Shown piece after piece: positions 27,706-37,399 of a stretch of DNA of 64,000 nucleotides. The stretch covers positions 47,081-111,080 of the forward strand of contig CAMKPL010000001.1 of assembly GCA_946414655.1 (NCBI GenBank), written 5' to 3'. Each line of letters starts with the position of its first letter. Position 1 is the first letter of the stretch. Under the pieces are notes generated by a model. It saw only the letters and a list, made by a program, of their open reading frames with translations. It was not told the origin of the DNA and ran no database searches. Position numbers and translations under genes: made by a program. This DNA comes from an uncultured Bacillales bacterium. Its GTDB lineage: Bacteria; Bacillota_I; Bacilli_A; RFN20; CAG-826.

Positions 27706-29051
27706 TAACAAACTCCTTGAGCGATCATGGCATCCATGACCTTTTCAAAACCAGCAATATTCGCACCTAAAGCAATATTTGTTGGTTGTCCATATTTAAC
27801 AGCTGTATCGTGACATTTTTTGAAGATGTCTTTCATGATTTGTTTTAAGCGAGCATCCACTTCTTCGAATGTCCAAGATAAGTGAATCGCGTTTTGACTC
27901 ATTTCTAAGCCAGAAACGGCAACACCACCAGCATTTGAAGCTTTTCCTGGAGCAAAGAGAACGCCATTGCTATTGAAGTAACGAATTGCTTCAACGTCGC
28001 ATGGCATATTTGCACCTTCGACAAGCATGAAGCAACCATTCTTCTTTAGAAGTTTGGCATCAGCTTCATGAATTTCTCCTTGTGTCGCACATGGAAGAGC
28101 GATGTCACATGGTACAGACCACATGCCGTGTGGGCCGGCGTGCCATTCAACACCTTTATGATCAGCGGCATAATCTTTGGAGAACATGCCTTTTTCTTTC
28201 GCTTTCTTAACAATATAAGGAACATCTAATCCATTTGGATCATAGACATAACCTTCAATGTCGGACATAGCGACTAATTTAGCGCCAAGTTCAGCGGCTT
28301 TAGCGGCTGCCATACCGCCGACTTTTCCGGAACCAGAAATAATGACTTTCATTCCTTTAATGGAAGTCTTCTTAAATTCACGGAGCATTTCCTCTACAAA
28401 GTAGAGAAGACCGTAGCCAGTGGCTTCTGGACGTCCTAATGAACCACCATAGCTCATGCCTTTACCAGTAAAGACACCGGTGAATTCATCACGAAGTTTT
28501 TTGTAATATCCAAACATATAACCGATTTCACGAGCGCCGAAACCTAAGTCTCCAGCTGGAACGTCGGTGTTTGGACCAATGTGGCGGAATAATTCAGCCA
28601 TCATTGATTGACAGAAGCGCATGATTTCTCCATCGGATTTTCCGCGTGGATCAAAATCAGCACCACCTTTACCTCCACCCATTGGTAATCCGGTTAAGGA
28701 ATTTTTGAATGTTTGTTCAAATCCTAAGAATTTAAGAATTGATAGATTTACAGACTTATCGAATCTCATGCCGCCTTTGTAAGGACCAATAGCCGAGTTA
28801 AATTCGACTCTGTAACCCGTGTTGACACGAATCTTTCCCTTGTCATCAACCCAAGGGACACGCATTGTGATGATTCTTTCTGGAACCGTAATTCTTTCAA
28901 GAATCGCAAATTTTTCAATACGTGGATCCTTATCGACAACGAAATCCATTGAATCAAAGAATTCTTCAACAGCAGAAATGAATTCTTTTTGACCTTTGTT
29001 CTTGGCTTTAATTTCACGAAGAACTTTGTTTAGGTATTTGCTTTTGTACAT
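27705..29051 (-). CDS. gdhA: Glutamate dehydrogenase (NADP-type)
   Basis: GPYKGGMRF, GLPMGGGKGG, DVPAGD, RPEATGYG, EGANMP, KASNAGGVAVS. Confidence 0.96.
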   Translation of the reverse strand: MYKSKYLNKVLREIKAKNKGQKEFISAVEEFFDSMDFVVDKDPRIEKFAILERITVPERIITMRVPWVDDKGKIRVNTGYRVEFNSAIGPYKGGMRFDKSVNLSILKFLGFEQTFKNSLTGLPMGGGKGGADFDPRGKSDGEIMRFCQSMMAELFRHIGPNTDVPAGDLGFGAREIGYMFGYYKKLRDEFTGVFTGKGMSYGGSLGRPEATGYGLLYFVEEMLREFKKTSIKGMKVIISGSGKVGGMAAAKAAELGAKLVAMSDIEGYVYDPNGLDVPYIVKKAKEKGMFSKDYAADHKGVEWHAGPHGMWSVPCDIALPCATQGEIHEADAKLLKKNGCFMLVEGANMPCDVEAIRYFNSNGVLFAPGKASNAGGVAVSGLEMSQNAIHLSWTFEEVDARLKQIMKDIFKKCHDTAVKYGQPTNIALGANIAGFEKVMDAMIAQGVC

Positions 29052-29216
29052 GGTTTTAATTACCTCCTAGAACGCAAAAGAAAAAACACAAACTAGTTGC
29101 GCATTATTTGAGTTTGCGTAGATACAGCTTTGCAATCCATTTGTTCAGCATATAAATTTTAAAACTTATTTTTTAAATAAACAAATTAGTAAACTTTTCT
29201 CATATAAAATATGTCC

Positions 29217-29427
29217 GTTTTGCTGGTGAAATTAATCAAAAATAGGTTTCAAAAATGGTTAAAAATTCAACTTCGAAAAATTCAAAAAATGACGGCAAAC
29301 GGGTTTAAAAGATGGTAAAAAGAAGAAAAATTTTGGTAATTTCAGTCAAAAAATGAAAAAACGCAAAAATAAAAAATCGACCTTATTTTAAAAAGTCGAA
29401 TTTTTCTAAAAAAATAACCAGCAAAAC
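29217..29427. repeat. 211-bp A-tract-rich element bounded by perfect 11-bp inverted repeats (MITE-like)
   Basis: GTTTTGCTGGT at 29217-29227 and ACCAGCAAAAC at 29417-29427; no clear target-site duplication. Confidence 0.45.
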
Positions 29428-30027
29428 TTATCTTTTTTCGTAAACAACGCTCATTACGTAATCGTTTAAAAAGACGCTTTCTACTTTGAGTTCTGGATGG
29501 TTTTTAATCATGGTTAGACTATCGTCGACTTCAACGTCTTCGATGGATCCAAGCAATCCTTTACCGGTTAGTTTTAAGTAACTTTCCTTAATTGTCCAAT
29601 AGGCATAGAACACTAATTCTGGTCGATCAGAAGTCTCAATTTGTTTCACTTCGTTTTCAGAAAAGAAACGTTTCGCAACATCCATCTTAGCGTCTTTAAC
29701 TAATTCGATATCACAGCCGATTGGAAATCTCGCTGCAGCAACAAGAACAGTTTCATTACAATGAGAAATCGAAAAATGAATGTCGCTATCTTTGATAATC
29801 CATTGTCCATTTTCATCTTCAATGACGTCGTTATATAAATCTAAAGCGCCTAGTTCTTTTAAACATTCTTCTAAAAGAAGCGTAGCAACAAGAGATTGTT
29901 TTTGGCGATTGCGATCTTTAAATTTCAAAACATGTTCCTGTCTTGCTTTCGGAAGATAACCAAGATTTTCATCAAAGTTTTCTTCTGTAATTTTGTAGAT
30001 CTTTCCAATCTTTAAAGAATAATTCAT
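29428..30027 (-). CDS. Sfp-type 4'-phosphopantetheinyl transferase
   Basis: FSISHC, IGCDIE, WTIKESYLKLTGKG. Confidence 0.9.
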   Translation of the reverse strand: MNYSLKIGKIYKITEENFDENLGYLPKARQEHVLKFKDRNRQKQSLVATLLLEECLKELGALDLYNDVIEDENGQWIIKDSDIHFSISHCNETVLVAAARFPIGCDIELVKDAKMDVAKRFFSENEVKQIETSDRPELVFYAYWTIKESYLKLTGKGLLGSIEDVEVDDSLTMIKNHPELKVESVFLNDYVMSVVYEKR

Positions 30028-30077
30028 CTTAAATTAATTATATTAATAATAAGAAATATAAGTATAATAATTTTGCG

Positions 30078-30638
30078 ATGGATAATAATAAACTTTATCA
30101 AAACAATCCAGAACCACAGGAATGGGATGTCGACCAATCTCTTTTTGATCACAAACCGGTCAAACAAGGTGAAAACTCTGTTGGAGAGCTTTATCGTCAC
30201 ACTCAGGAAAATCTAACTCCAGAGGATTATGATGATTTGTATAACAACTCTCAAAACGTTCGTCATGCCAAGGTTAGAGAAACAAAGAAAAGAACAAACC
30301 TTGCGTTGACCGCTACTGCTATTTTGGTTACCTCAGTTGTTGGAATTATTACAATAGTAAATCCACTAACCATGAGACCAAAGGTTCAAGATCAAAAGTT
30401 TTCGCTAGTAGGCAATGTTCTTAACTATAGTTTTGAAGTTTCAAATAGTCTTCACTATGATTGTAATCTCGTCATTTATAAAGACGGCGAAGAAACAGGA
30501 AGTTTCCCGGTTAGTGAGTCACAAAAATATCAAGGCGAATATCTTGTAACTAATTCTGGAAATTACGAATTAAAGTTTATTTCAACAAATAACATCGATT
30601 ATACAAACCGTGTCACTTTATACACGTTTACATACTAA
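30078..30638 (+). CDS. Hypothetical single-pass membrane protein
   Basis: Acidic N-terminus, TM LALTATAILVTSVVGIITIV, beta-rich C-terminus; TATAAT just upstream. Confidence 0.6.
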   Translation: MDNNKLYQNNPEPQEWDVDQSLFDHKPVKQGENSVGELYRHTQENLTPEDYDDLYNNSQNVRHAKVRETKKRTNLALTATAILVTSVVGIITIVNPLTMRPKVQDQKFSLVGNVLNYSFEVSNSLHYDCNLVIYKDGEETGSFPVSESQKYQGEYLVTNSGNYELKFISTNNIDYTNRVTLYTFTY

Positions 30639-30652
30639 ATTGGAGGTTCATT

Positions 30653-31633
30653 ATGATTAAAAAATTACAAAAACCAAGTTCCTGGTGGAACGCCCAAACA
30701 CCAAAGCAAAAGAAATACTTTATTATCGCTTTAGTCTTTGCTCTAGTAATTCTTTTTCTGTGTTGTTTTGTTTTAACAACTAAAGAATTAGGATTAACTT
30801 CAATCTCTAATTATTTGTTTGGCGAAGGTAATTCAGGATGGTACTGGTTAGCTTCAAAACTTTTTTCTGACGGAATTGCTTGGCTTGAAATTATTGGTAT
30901 CATTGCCGTGGCGTTTATGCTCTCATTCATTATTAATCTAATTATCGGATTAATCACATGGAAAGGTAAAAGAAGTAGAACAATTGGCTCACTATTTAAG
31001 TCACTAATCAAATATGCAATTACTATTGTTGCGATTGGCTTTATCTTACGAATTTGTGGAGTCGATGTTGCTTCGATTGTCGCCGGAATTGGAATTATTA
31101 CATTAATTATTGGTCTTGGTTGCCAATCATTAATTAATGATATTGTTAGTGGTGTTTTCCTTGTTTTCGATGACTTCTTCGATGTCGGAGATATTGTCGT
31201 GATCGATGGTTTCCGTGGAACAGTTATTGAAATTGGTTTAAGAAGCACTAAGATTCAAGACTGGGCTGGAAATATTAAAGGAATCAGCAACTCTCAGATC
31301 GTTACAGTTACCAATCTTTCTCGTGAAGCTACATCAATCGTTGTTAACTTCACAATCGGACGCGAAGAAGATGTTGAGCGCGTTGAAGCTATTCTTGCGG
31401 AAGCTTTGCCAAAGATTCAAAAGAAACTTTCAAAAGTTATTGGAAAAATCTCCTATATTGGTGTTTCAAGTTTAAAAGAATCTGGTATCGAACTAGCCTT
31501 CTCAATGAGTTGCGACGAAAACGATCGTTACCAAGTGAACCGCGATATGATTAGAGAACTGTTCCTTGTCATGAAAGAAAACAACATCAAGGTTCCGTTT
31601 AATCAAATCTCTGTTGTAGAAGAGAAGAAATAA
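30653..31633 (+). CDS. MscS family mechanosensitive channel
   Basis: GLGCQSLINDIVSG, FDVGDIV.I.G..G.V..IGLRST, ISNS. Confidence 0.9.
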   Translation: MIKKLQKPSSWWNAQTPKQKKYFIIALVFALVILFLCCFVLTTKELGLTSISNYLFGEGNSGWYWLASKLFSDGIAWLEIIGIIAVAFMLSFIINLIIGLITWKGKRSRTIGSLFKSLIKYAITIVAIGFILRICGVDVASIVAGIGIITLIIGLGCQSLINDIVSGVFLVFDDFFDVGDIVVIDGFRGTVIEIGLRSTKIQDWAGNIKGISNSQIVTVTNLSREATSIVVNFTIGREEDVERVEAILAEALPKIQKKLSKVIGKISYIGVSSLKESGIELAFSMSCDENDRYQVNRDMIRELFLVMKENNIKVPFNQISVVEEKK

Positions 31634-31711
31634 TCCAATAAATTCCTATTTTGTTATGTATATAAATTAGAAATCGGTTAAAATGATATTAACCAGAAAG
31701 GAAAATTAAAG

Positions 31712-32416
31712 ATGAAAAAATCCAAAATTTTAATGCTTTTACCAGCGTTCTTACTCGTCGGTTGTGCCAAGAGCATAAATAAAGAAGACGCTCAAGCAAA
31801 AGCCAAACAAATCAATGAGTATCAAGAACAACACCCAATCACCGAATTCAAGTTCGAAATGTACTCTTTAACACAAGAGGATGACGAAAAAGAAGAAGAA
31901 AGAGCTTCTTATGAATTCTCTGAAGAAAAAGTTTACTTCCACATTAAGGCTGAAGAAACTGATATGTATGCTTATAAGCAAGAATCGAAATATTACGTTG
32001 TTAACGCAACAGAAAAGCAATATTACGAATTTGGCGAAGAAGCAAAAGCAAGTTTCGATAGCATGATTGCCGGACAAAAAACTCAACTTGCTGGAAGGTT
32101 TGCTGGAATGGCACGCGCTGACATTGATGGTCTACTTGAAGAATATGTACGAGTGCCAAATGCTGAAGTCAAATACTCCACAAAGGGTGACGGCTCATTA
32201 ATTGTCGAAGCTTCTTATAAGGGTTCAGAAGGCGGAGCAACAGGTGAAATTTCTGCAAAAGTTGTATGGGATAAATACTATCCAACAGAAATGTCTGTTA
32301 AGATCAACTCTTCCGGAGAAGGACATTCTTTCAAATCAGAAATGTCAGCTAAGTTTGAATACTCTGTCAACCCATCATTTGTCGATCTTTCAAGTTATAC
32401 CAAGATCAGCAACTAA
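31712..32416 (+). CDS. Hypothetical lipoprotein
   Basis: MKKSK plus hydrophobic stretch and lipobox LVGC. Confidence 0.75.
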   Translation: MKKSKILMLLPAFLLVGCAKSINKEDAQAKAKQINEYQEQHPITEFKFEMYSLTQEDDEKEEERASYEFSEEKVYFHIKAEETDMYAYKQESKYYVVNATEKQYYEFGEEAKASFDSMIAGQKTQLAGRFAGMARADIDGLLEEYVRVPNAEVKYSTKGDGSLIVEASYKGSEGGATGEISAKVVWDKYYPTEMSVKINSSGEGHSFKSEMSAKFEYSVNPSFVDLSSYTKISN

Positions 32417-32436
32417 TCATTGATAATTCACTTTCT

Positions 32437-32467
32437 AAAATCAGTCCATTCGTGGGCTGATTTTTTT
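32437..32467 (+). terminator. Intrinsic terminator
   Basis: TCAGTCC-N6-GGGCTGA-T7. Confidence 0.8.
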
Positions 32468-32591
32468 ATGAAAATACAGGCAATTCCTGATTGTTTGTTT
32501 AAAAATGACGATAATTTATTCTTAAAAACCATATAAGGATAAATACGACGGTTATTTCTTTTAAAGAAATGTTGTGATATATTCTATAACT

Positions 32592-33899
32592 ATGATTGCT
32601 AAGACAAAAAAGATTCATGATGCAATGGAAAATGTCGGTGCTCTACAAGCTATCCGATATGTCGATCCAGAATTTATATATCTAGCAGTAACAAATGCCC
32701 GTTGTGCGACAGCAGATGTTTTTATTAAACCTGGCGATCATGTTGATTGTTGCCAAGTTGTTGGAATGCGTCATGGTCCGTTTTTTGAACAACCAATTCA
32801 TAGTACAGTCTCTGGAACATTTGTCGGTGTCGAAAAACACTACCACCGTAATGGAAAGCTTGTCGATTTTATTAAGATTCAAAACGACAAGAAAGAAACA
32901 TATGCAAAGGAAGTTAAGCAAAGAACTCCAGAAGAAATTGCTAAACTAACCAAGCAAGATATGACTGAAATCATCAAACAATGTGCTGTTGTTGGTTTAG
33001 GTGGCTCTTCTTTCCCAACATACATTAAGTTCCAAACCGATAAACCAATTCACACGATTCTTGTTAACGGAATTGAGTGTGAACCATTTATTAATGCCGA
33101 TCACCGTTTATTAATGGAGTATCCATACCGTCTCTTAGACGGAATTAAATATGTCATGCAAGCATTTAACTGTAAGCATGCCAAGATTTGTATTAAATCA
33201 AAATACAAAGACATTAAAGAAGTTTATGACCAAGTTCTTCAAGAAGAAAACTATAAGGATTCTGGCATTAAACTTTGTTGCGTTGGCAACTACTACCCAC
33301 AAGGTTGGGAAGTAGAAATGATTAAGAATGCCGAAGGTATTCAACTTGCGCCAGGTGAGCTTCCAGCTAACCGTGGCATTATCAACTTTAACGTTTCAAC
33401 AGTTGTTGGTATTTATAAAGCGATTAAATACAACATGCCTGTTATTAAACGTTTTATTACTATTAGTGGTGATGGAATTAAATCTCCAAAGAACTTTAGA
33501 GTTCGTTGTGGAACATCTATTAAAGAACTGATTCCACTCTGTGGAGGTTATACAGATGAAGGCACTGAAAAAGTCTTTATTCTTGGTGGCCCAATGATGG
33601 GGGCATCGGTGCCAAGCGATGATTGCATCATTTCTAAAACAGTGACCTCTATTTTAGTTATCAATAAACGTTCATACCAGGAAGAACCGTGTGTTAGATG
33701 TGGATCATGTGTTCTTTCTTGTCCGGTTCATCTTGAACCTGTTCAAATCATGAACGCTGTAAAAGCGCTTGATAAAGAACGCATTAAAAAACTTAATCCA
33801 CTGAGATGTATTGAATGTGGTTTATGCACATATTCATGTACATCAAAAATCCAAGTAACTGACTACGTCAGGAGGGCGAAACTTTTCGCAAAAATGTAA
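32592..33899 (+). CDS. rnfC: Rnf complex subunit C
   Basis: GLGGSSFPT, NGIECEPFI, YPQGWE, GGPMMG, two CxxCxxCxxxC clusters. Confidence 0.93.
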   Translation: MIAKTKKIHDAMENVGALQAIRYVDPEFIYLAVTNARCATADVFIKPGDHVDCCQVVGMRHGPFFEQPIHSTVSGTFVGVEKHYHRNGKLVDFIKIQNDKKETYAKEVKQRTPEEIAKLTKQDMTEIIKQCAVVGLGGSSFPTYIKFQTDKPIHTILVNGIECEPFINADHRLLMEYPYRLLDGIKYVMQAFNCKHAKICIKSKYKDIKEVYDQVLQEENYKDSGIKLCCVGNYYPQGWEVEMIKNAEGIQLAPGELPANRGIINFNVSTVVGIYKAIKYNMPVIKRFITISGDGIKSPKNFRVRCGTSIKELIPLCGGYTDEGTEKVFILGGPMMGASVPSDDCIISKTVTSILVINKRSYQEEPCVRCGSCVLSCPVHLEPVQIMNAVKALDKERIKKLNPLRCIECGLCTYSCTSKIQVTDYVRRAKLFAKM

Positions 33900-35002
33900 T
33901 GACAATTGTTAAGGAAAGCGCACCACACTTAAGAAAAAAAGCTTCCGTCACCAGAATGATGGTTGATGTTTTAATTGCGCTTGCACCAACTCTCATTTTT
34001 GCATTTGTGGTTTATCCATTAAATACACTCTGGATTTTCTTAATTTCGTTATTAACGATGAATGCTTGTGAGTTTATTTATGTTGGCTTACGCAACATGA
34101 TGCCAAAAGATAATCTCAAGCATTCATTCAAAGAAAGATTTAATTACTCCTACAAAGGAAAATACAAATTATCTAACGCATTAACCGCTTCAATTAGTGC
34201 AGTTATCTTCTGTTTAATTGTTCCAGCAGGTTGCCCATTATACGCCGTCTTCCTCGGTTCCTTAGTTGGAATCACATTGGGAAAACTTGTTTTTGGCGGA
34301 CTTGGAAGCAATATCTTTAACCCAGCTGCGGTTGGTATGCTCTTTGCCAAGATTTGCTTTGGTCCATATCCACAAGTTAATACTTGGTACTACACCATTC
34401 CTGATGCAGCAAGTGGAGGAACACCTTTAGGTGTTCTTAATGGAGGCAATCTCACAAATATTGGAGATTACCCATTATTAGATCTCTTCTTAGGAAGAAT
34501 TCCAGGAACTCTTGGTGAAGTCTTTAAAATCACCATTATTCTTGGATTAATTTATCTATTAATTCGCCGTTCTGCTGATTACAGAATTGTTGTTTCTTAT
34601 TTAGGAACATTTGCCATCTTAATGCTCATTGCGGGCTTAACAATTCCAGGAGTGAACGCCCTACACTTCACCGCATATGCCCTTCTTTCTGGTGGTGTTT
34701 TATTCGGTGCAACATTTATGTTAACTGATCCGGTAACTAGTCCAATTAATCCACCAAATCGATGGATTTATGGTATTGTTGCCGCTATCTTTACTGTTTT
34801 TATTCGTTTATTCGCTGCTCTTCCAGAAGGCGTTGGATTCTCCATCCTTTTGGCAAACATGATCGCGGTCTTCTTAGACCACTACGAATGGAGTAATCCA
34901 CGTTATACATGGAAGAAATATTTAGCAATGGGATTACTGCTTGTTCTTTCAGGATTAACTGTTTTTCTCGTTATTAAATTTGGAGGTGTTGTCAATGGCT
35001 AA
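33899..35002 (+). CDS. rnfD: Rnf complex subunit D
   Basis: SAPH, KLVFGGLGSNIFNPA, SGGTPL (FMN-Thr), PGTLGE, MLTDPVTSP. Confidence 0.93.
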   Translation: MTIVKESAPHLRKKASVTRMMVDVLIALAPTLIFAFVVYPLNTLWIFLISLLTMNACEFIYVGLRNMMPKDNLKHSFKERFNYSYKGKYKLSNALTASISAVIFCLIVPAGCPLYAVFLGSLVGITLGKLVFGGLGSNIFNPAAVGMLFAKICFGPYPQVNTWYYTIPDAASGGTPLGVLNGGNLTNIGDYPLLDLFLGRIPGTLGEVFKITIILGLIYLLIRRSADYRIVVSYLGTFAILMLIAGLTIPGVNALHFTAYALLSGGVLFGATFMLTDPVTSPINPPNRWIYGIVAAIFTVFIRLFAALPEGVGFSILLANMIAVFLDHYEWSNPRYTWKKYLAMGLLLVLSGLTVFLVIKFGGVVNG

Positions 35003-35522
35003 TACAAAGCGTTATGTCATCACCGCCATCACTCTCGGTATTATTGGCGCAGCTAGTGCTGCTATTATTGGTGTGACTAATTTAGTAACAAGAGAACAAA
35101 TTAAGCAAAACGAGCAAAACAAAATTAATGACGGAATTGCTGAGATTTTCGGTCAAAACTCCACTATTTTGAATACACAATCTATTGAAAACGAAAAATA
35201 TACAAACACTGTTTATTTCGTTAAAGCAGATGAGAAAAACCAATATGCATTTAGAGCTGATGGCTCAAATATGTACGGCAAAATTTCTCTTCTTGTTGGC
35301 TTTAATGAACTCAACCAATTTAAAGGAATCTCCGTTATCGTTAATGAACAAACATACGCTTCAACATTAGTTAATGAATACATTGATCCAATGAAAAAAG
35401 CTGATAACAAAGATGAAGCTTTAGAAGATGTCTCCTGTGGAGCAACTTATGGAGCAAAATTAATTCGTGATTTAGTAAACGACGCTCGAAGCGTTGTTAT
35501 GAAGATTAATGCAAAGGAATAG
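34995..35522 (+). CDS. rnfG: Rnf complex subunit G (FMN-binding)
   Basis: N-terminal TM, G.YG.I, SCGAT flavinylation-like motif; start at MANTK. Confidence 0.85.
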   Translation: MANTKRYVITAITLGIIGAASAAIIGVTNLVTREQIKQNEQNKINDGIAEIFGQNSTILNTQSIENEKYTNTVYFVKADEKNQYAFRADGSNMYGKISLLVGFNELNQFKGISVIVNEQTYASTLVNEYIDPMKKADNKDEALEDVSCGATYGAKLIRDLVNDARSVVMKINAKE

Positions 35523-35523
35523 T

Positions 35524-36261
35524 ATGAAAAGAGAGAAAGGACAAACAAAGAAGAATTTCCTCAAAGGGATAATTCAAGAAAACCCACTACTTGTTTCGAT
35601 TCTTGGAACATGTCCTGCTTTAGCCACGACTAAAAGCTTAGAAGCAGCCATTGGTATGGGTATTTTGTTCACGATCGTTTTACTCTGCTCTAACGTTCTT
35701 ATTTCTTTACTTAGAAAACTGATTCCTGATGAAATCAGAACTCCAGCTTATATCGTCATTATTGCGACATTCGTCACAATGGTTAAAATGTTCACCAATG
35801 CGTTCCTACCAGAACTTTATTCCACATTAGGTGTGTTTATTTCACTGATTGTTGTTAACTGCATCGTTCTTGGTCGAGCTGAAGCCTATGCGAGTAAGAA
35901 CGGGGTCTTTGATTCCTTTATTGATGCTTTAGGCATGGGTGTTGGTTATACCTTATCACTCTGTTTATTAGCGTTCTTTAGAGAACTTCTCGGAACTGGT
36001 GGATTTACATTCGGACAAATCTTTACATTTATTCCATTAACAAAACTTATTATTCCGGGCGCGGAGAAGTTTGCGATTTCATTATTCCAAACTCCAGCAG
36101 GCGCTTTTATCGTCTTTGGCATTGTTCTTGCTGTTGTCGCCTTTATTAAGAATAGAAAAGCTGAATTAAAAGCCTTTGAGGCTAAACAAGCTAAATTAAA
36201 AGCCGCCGAGGAAGCGAAAGCTAAATTAGCTGCTCAACAAGCACAAGGAGGTCAACAATAA
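35524..36261 (+). CDS. rnfE: Rnf complex subunit E
   Basis: ENP...LGTCPALA, LIVVNCIVLGRAE. Confidence 0.93.
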   Translation: MKREKGQTKKNFLKGIIQENPLLVSILGTCPALATTKSLEAAIGMGILFTIVLLCSNVLISLLRKLIPDEIRTPAYIVIIATFVTMVKMFTNAFLPELYSTLGVFISLIVVNCIVLGRAEAYASKNGVFDSFIDALGMGVGYTLSLCLLAFFRELLGTGGFTFGQIFTFIPLTKLIIPGAEKFAISLFQTPAGAFIVFGIVLAVVAFIKNRKAELKAFEAKQAKLKAAEEAKAKLAAQQAQGGQQ

Positions 36262-36860
36262 TGTCTACATTTATTTCGTTTATTCTAGCCATTATTTCCT
36301 CCATGTTAATTGATAACGTCGTGTTATCTAGATTCTATGGAATTTGCCCATTCCTTGGTGTTTCCCGTAAGGTTAAATCATCATTAGGTATGGGAATTGC
36401 CGTGGTTTTCGTTATTATCTTAGCCACTTGTATCTGCTGGCCAATTTACACTTATGTATTAGTTCCAGCCGGTATTCCATTTATGGATACGGTCGCATAC
36501 ATTCTTGTTATTGCCTCACTTGTTCAACTCGTTGGATTGTTTATTAAGAAATATTCTCCAGCGTTATATAAAACACTTGGTATTTACCTTCCACTTATCA
36601 CCACAAACTGTGCCGTTTTAGGCGTCGTCCAAGGTAACACCGACCAAGGTTTAACATTCTTAAATGCTCTTGCTAATGGCGTTGGAACCTCACTTGGATT
36701 CCTCGTTGTTATTGTTGTCTTTAGTTGTATCCGCGTTCGTTTAGAAAGCGCAAATACACCAAAGGCTTTCAAGGGTTTACCAATTGCTTTAATCACTGCC
36801 GCGATTATGGCAATTGCTTTTATGGGTTTACAAGGATTATTCTCCGGAATTAAGTTATGA
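36261..36860 (+). CDS. rnfA: Rnf complex subunit A
   Basis: NVVLSRFYGICPFLGVS, LPLITTNCAVLG. Confidence 0.94.
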   Translation: MSTFISFILAIISSMLIDNVVLSRFYGICPFLGVSRKVKSSLGMGIAVVFVIILATCICWPIYTYVLVPAGIPFMDTVAYILVIASLVQLVGLFIKKYSPALYKTLGIYLPLITTNCAVLGVVQGNTDQGLTFLNALANGVGTSLGFLVVIVVFSCIRVRLESANTPKAFKGLPIALITAAIMAIAFMGLQGLFSGIKL

Positions 36861-37078
36861 GCCAAACTGAATACTTAATTATCGCGATCGTGATTCTTGT
36901 AATTCTTGCGGTTACATTCATCGTTTCCTTTGTTCTTTATCAAAGAACACCGAAACCAAAAGGATGTGAAGATTTAAAACCTAGCGATGAAAAATGTGCT
37001 GGGTGCACAAACGATGCTTGTGCTTTCTATAAAGAAAAAGATAGTGTCGAATCAATAGAGAAAAAGGAGGAAAAATAG
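36857..37078 (+). CDS. Small membrane protein with a 4-Cys motif
   Basis: TM helix then C-x9-C-x2-C-x4-C; ATGA overlap with the rnfA stop. Confidence 0.75.
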   Translation: MSQTEYLIIAIVILVILAVTFIVSFVLYQRTPKPKGCEDLKPSDEKCAGCTNDACAFYKEKDSVESIEKKEEK

Positions 37079-37081
37079 TCT

Positions 37082-37399
37082 ATGGAAATCTTGTGGGCTG
37101 TACTAATTCTACTTGGATTAGGTCTCCTTTTAGGTCTTGGTCTAGCAATCGCAGAAAAGATTCTACACGTTAAAGAAGATGAACGAATTGAGGAAGTCGC
37201 TAAACGTCTTCCTAATTATAACTGTGGTTCATGTGGATACGCCGGATGTAAAGGTATGGCCGAGGCCATCGTTAATGGCGATGAAGAAAACCTTCGTAAA
37301 TGTAAGCCTGGTAAAGAGGAACAAAACTTTAAACCGATTATCGAATATCTTGATCAACATCCAAATGAGGATGGTTCAAAAGTAAAAGTTCACTTATAA
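37082..37399 (+). CDS. rnfB: Truncated RnfB (TM plus one Fe-S domain only)
   Basis: [16 protein letters not shown]......C.PG; stops at 105 aa with no ferredoxin repeats; GGAGG RBS. Confidence 0.8.
   Translation: MEILWAVLILLGLGLLLGLGLAIAEKILHVKEDERIEEVAKRLPNYNCGSCGYAGCKGMAEAIVNGDEENLRKCKPGKEEQNFKPIIEYLDQHPNEDGSKVKVHL

Noticed and set aside
29150-29427. Replication origin
   Set aside because: AT-rich, but no TTATCCACA DnaA boxes and no dnaA/dnaN context
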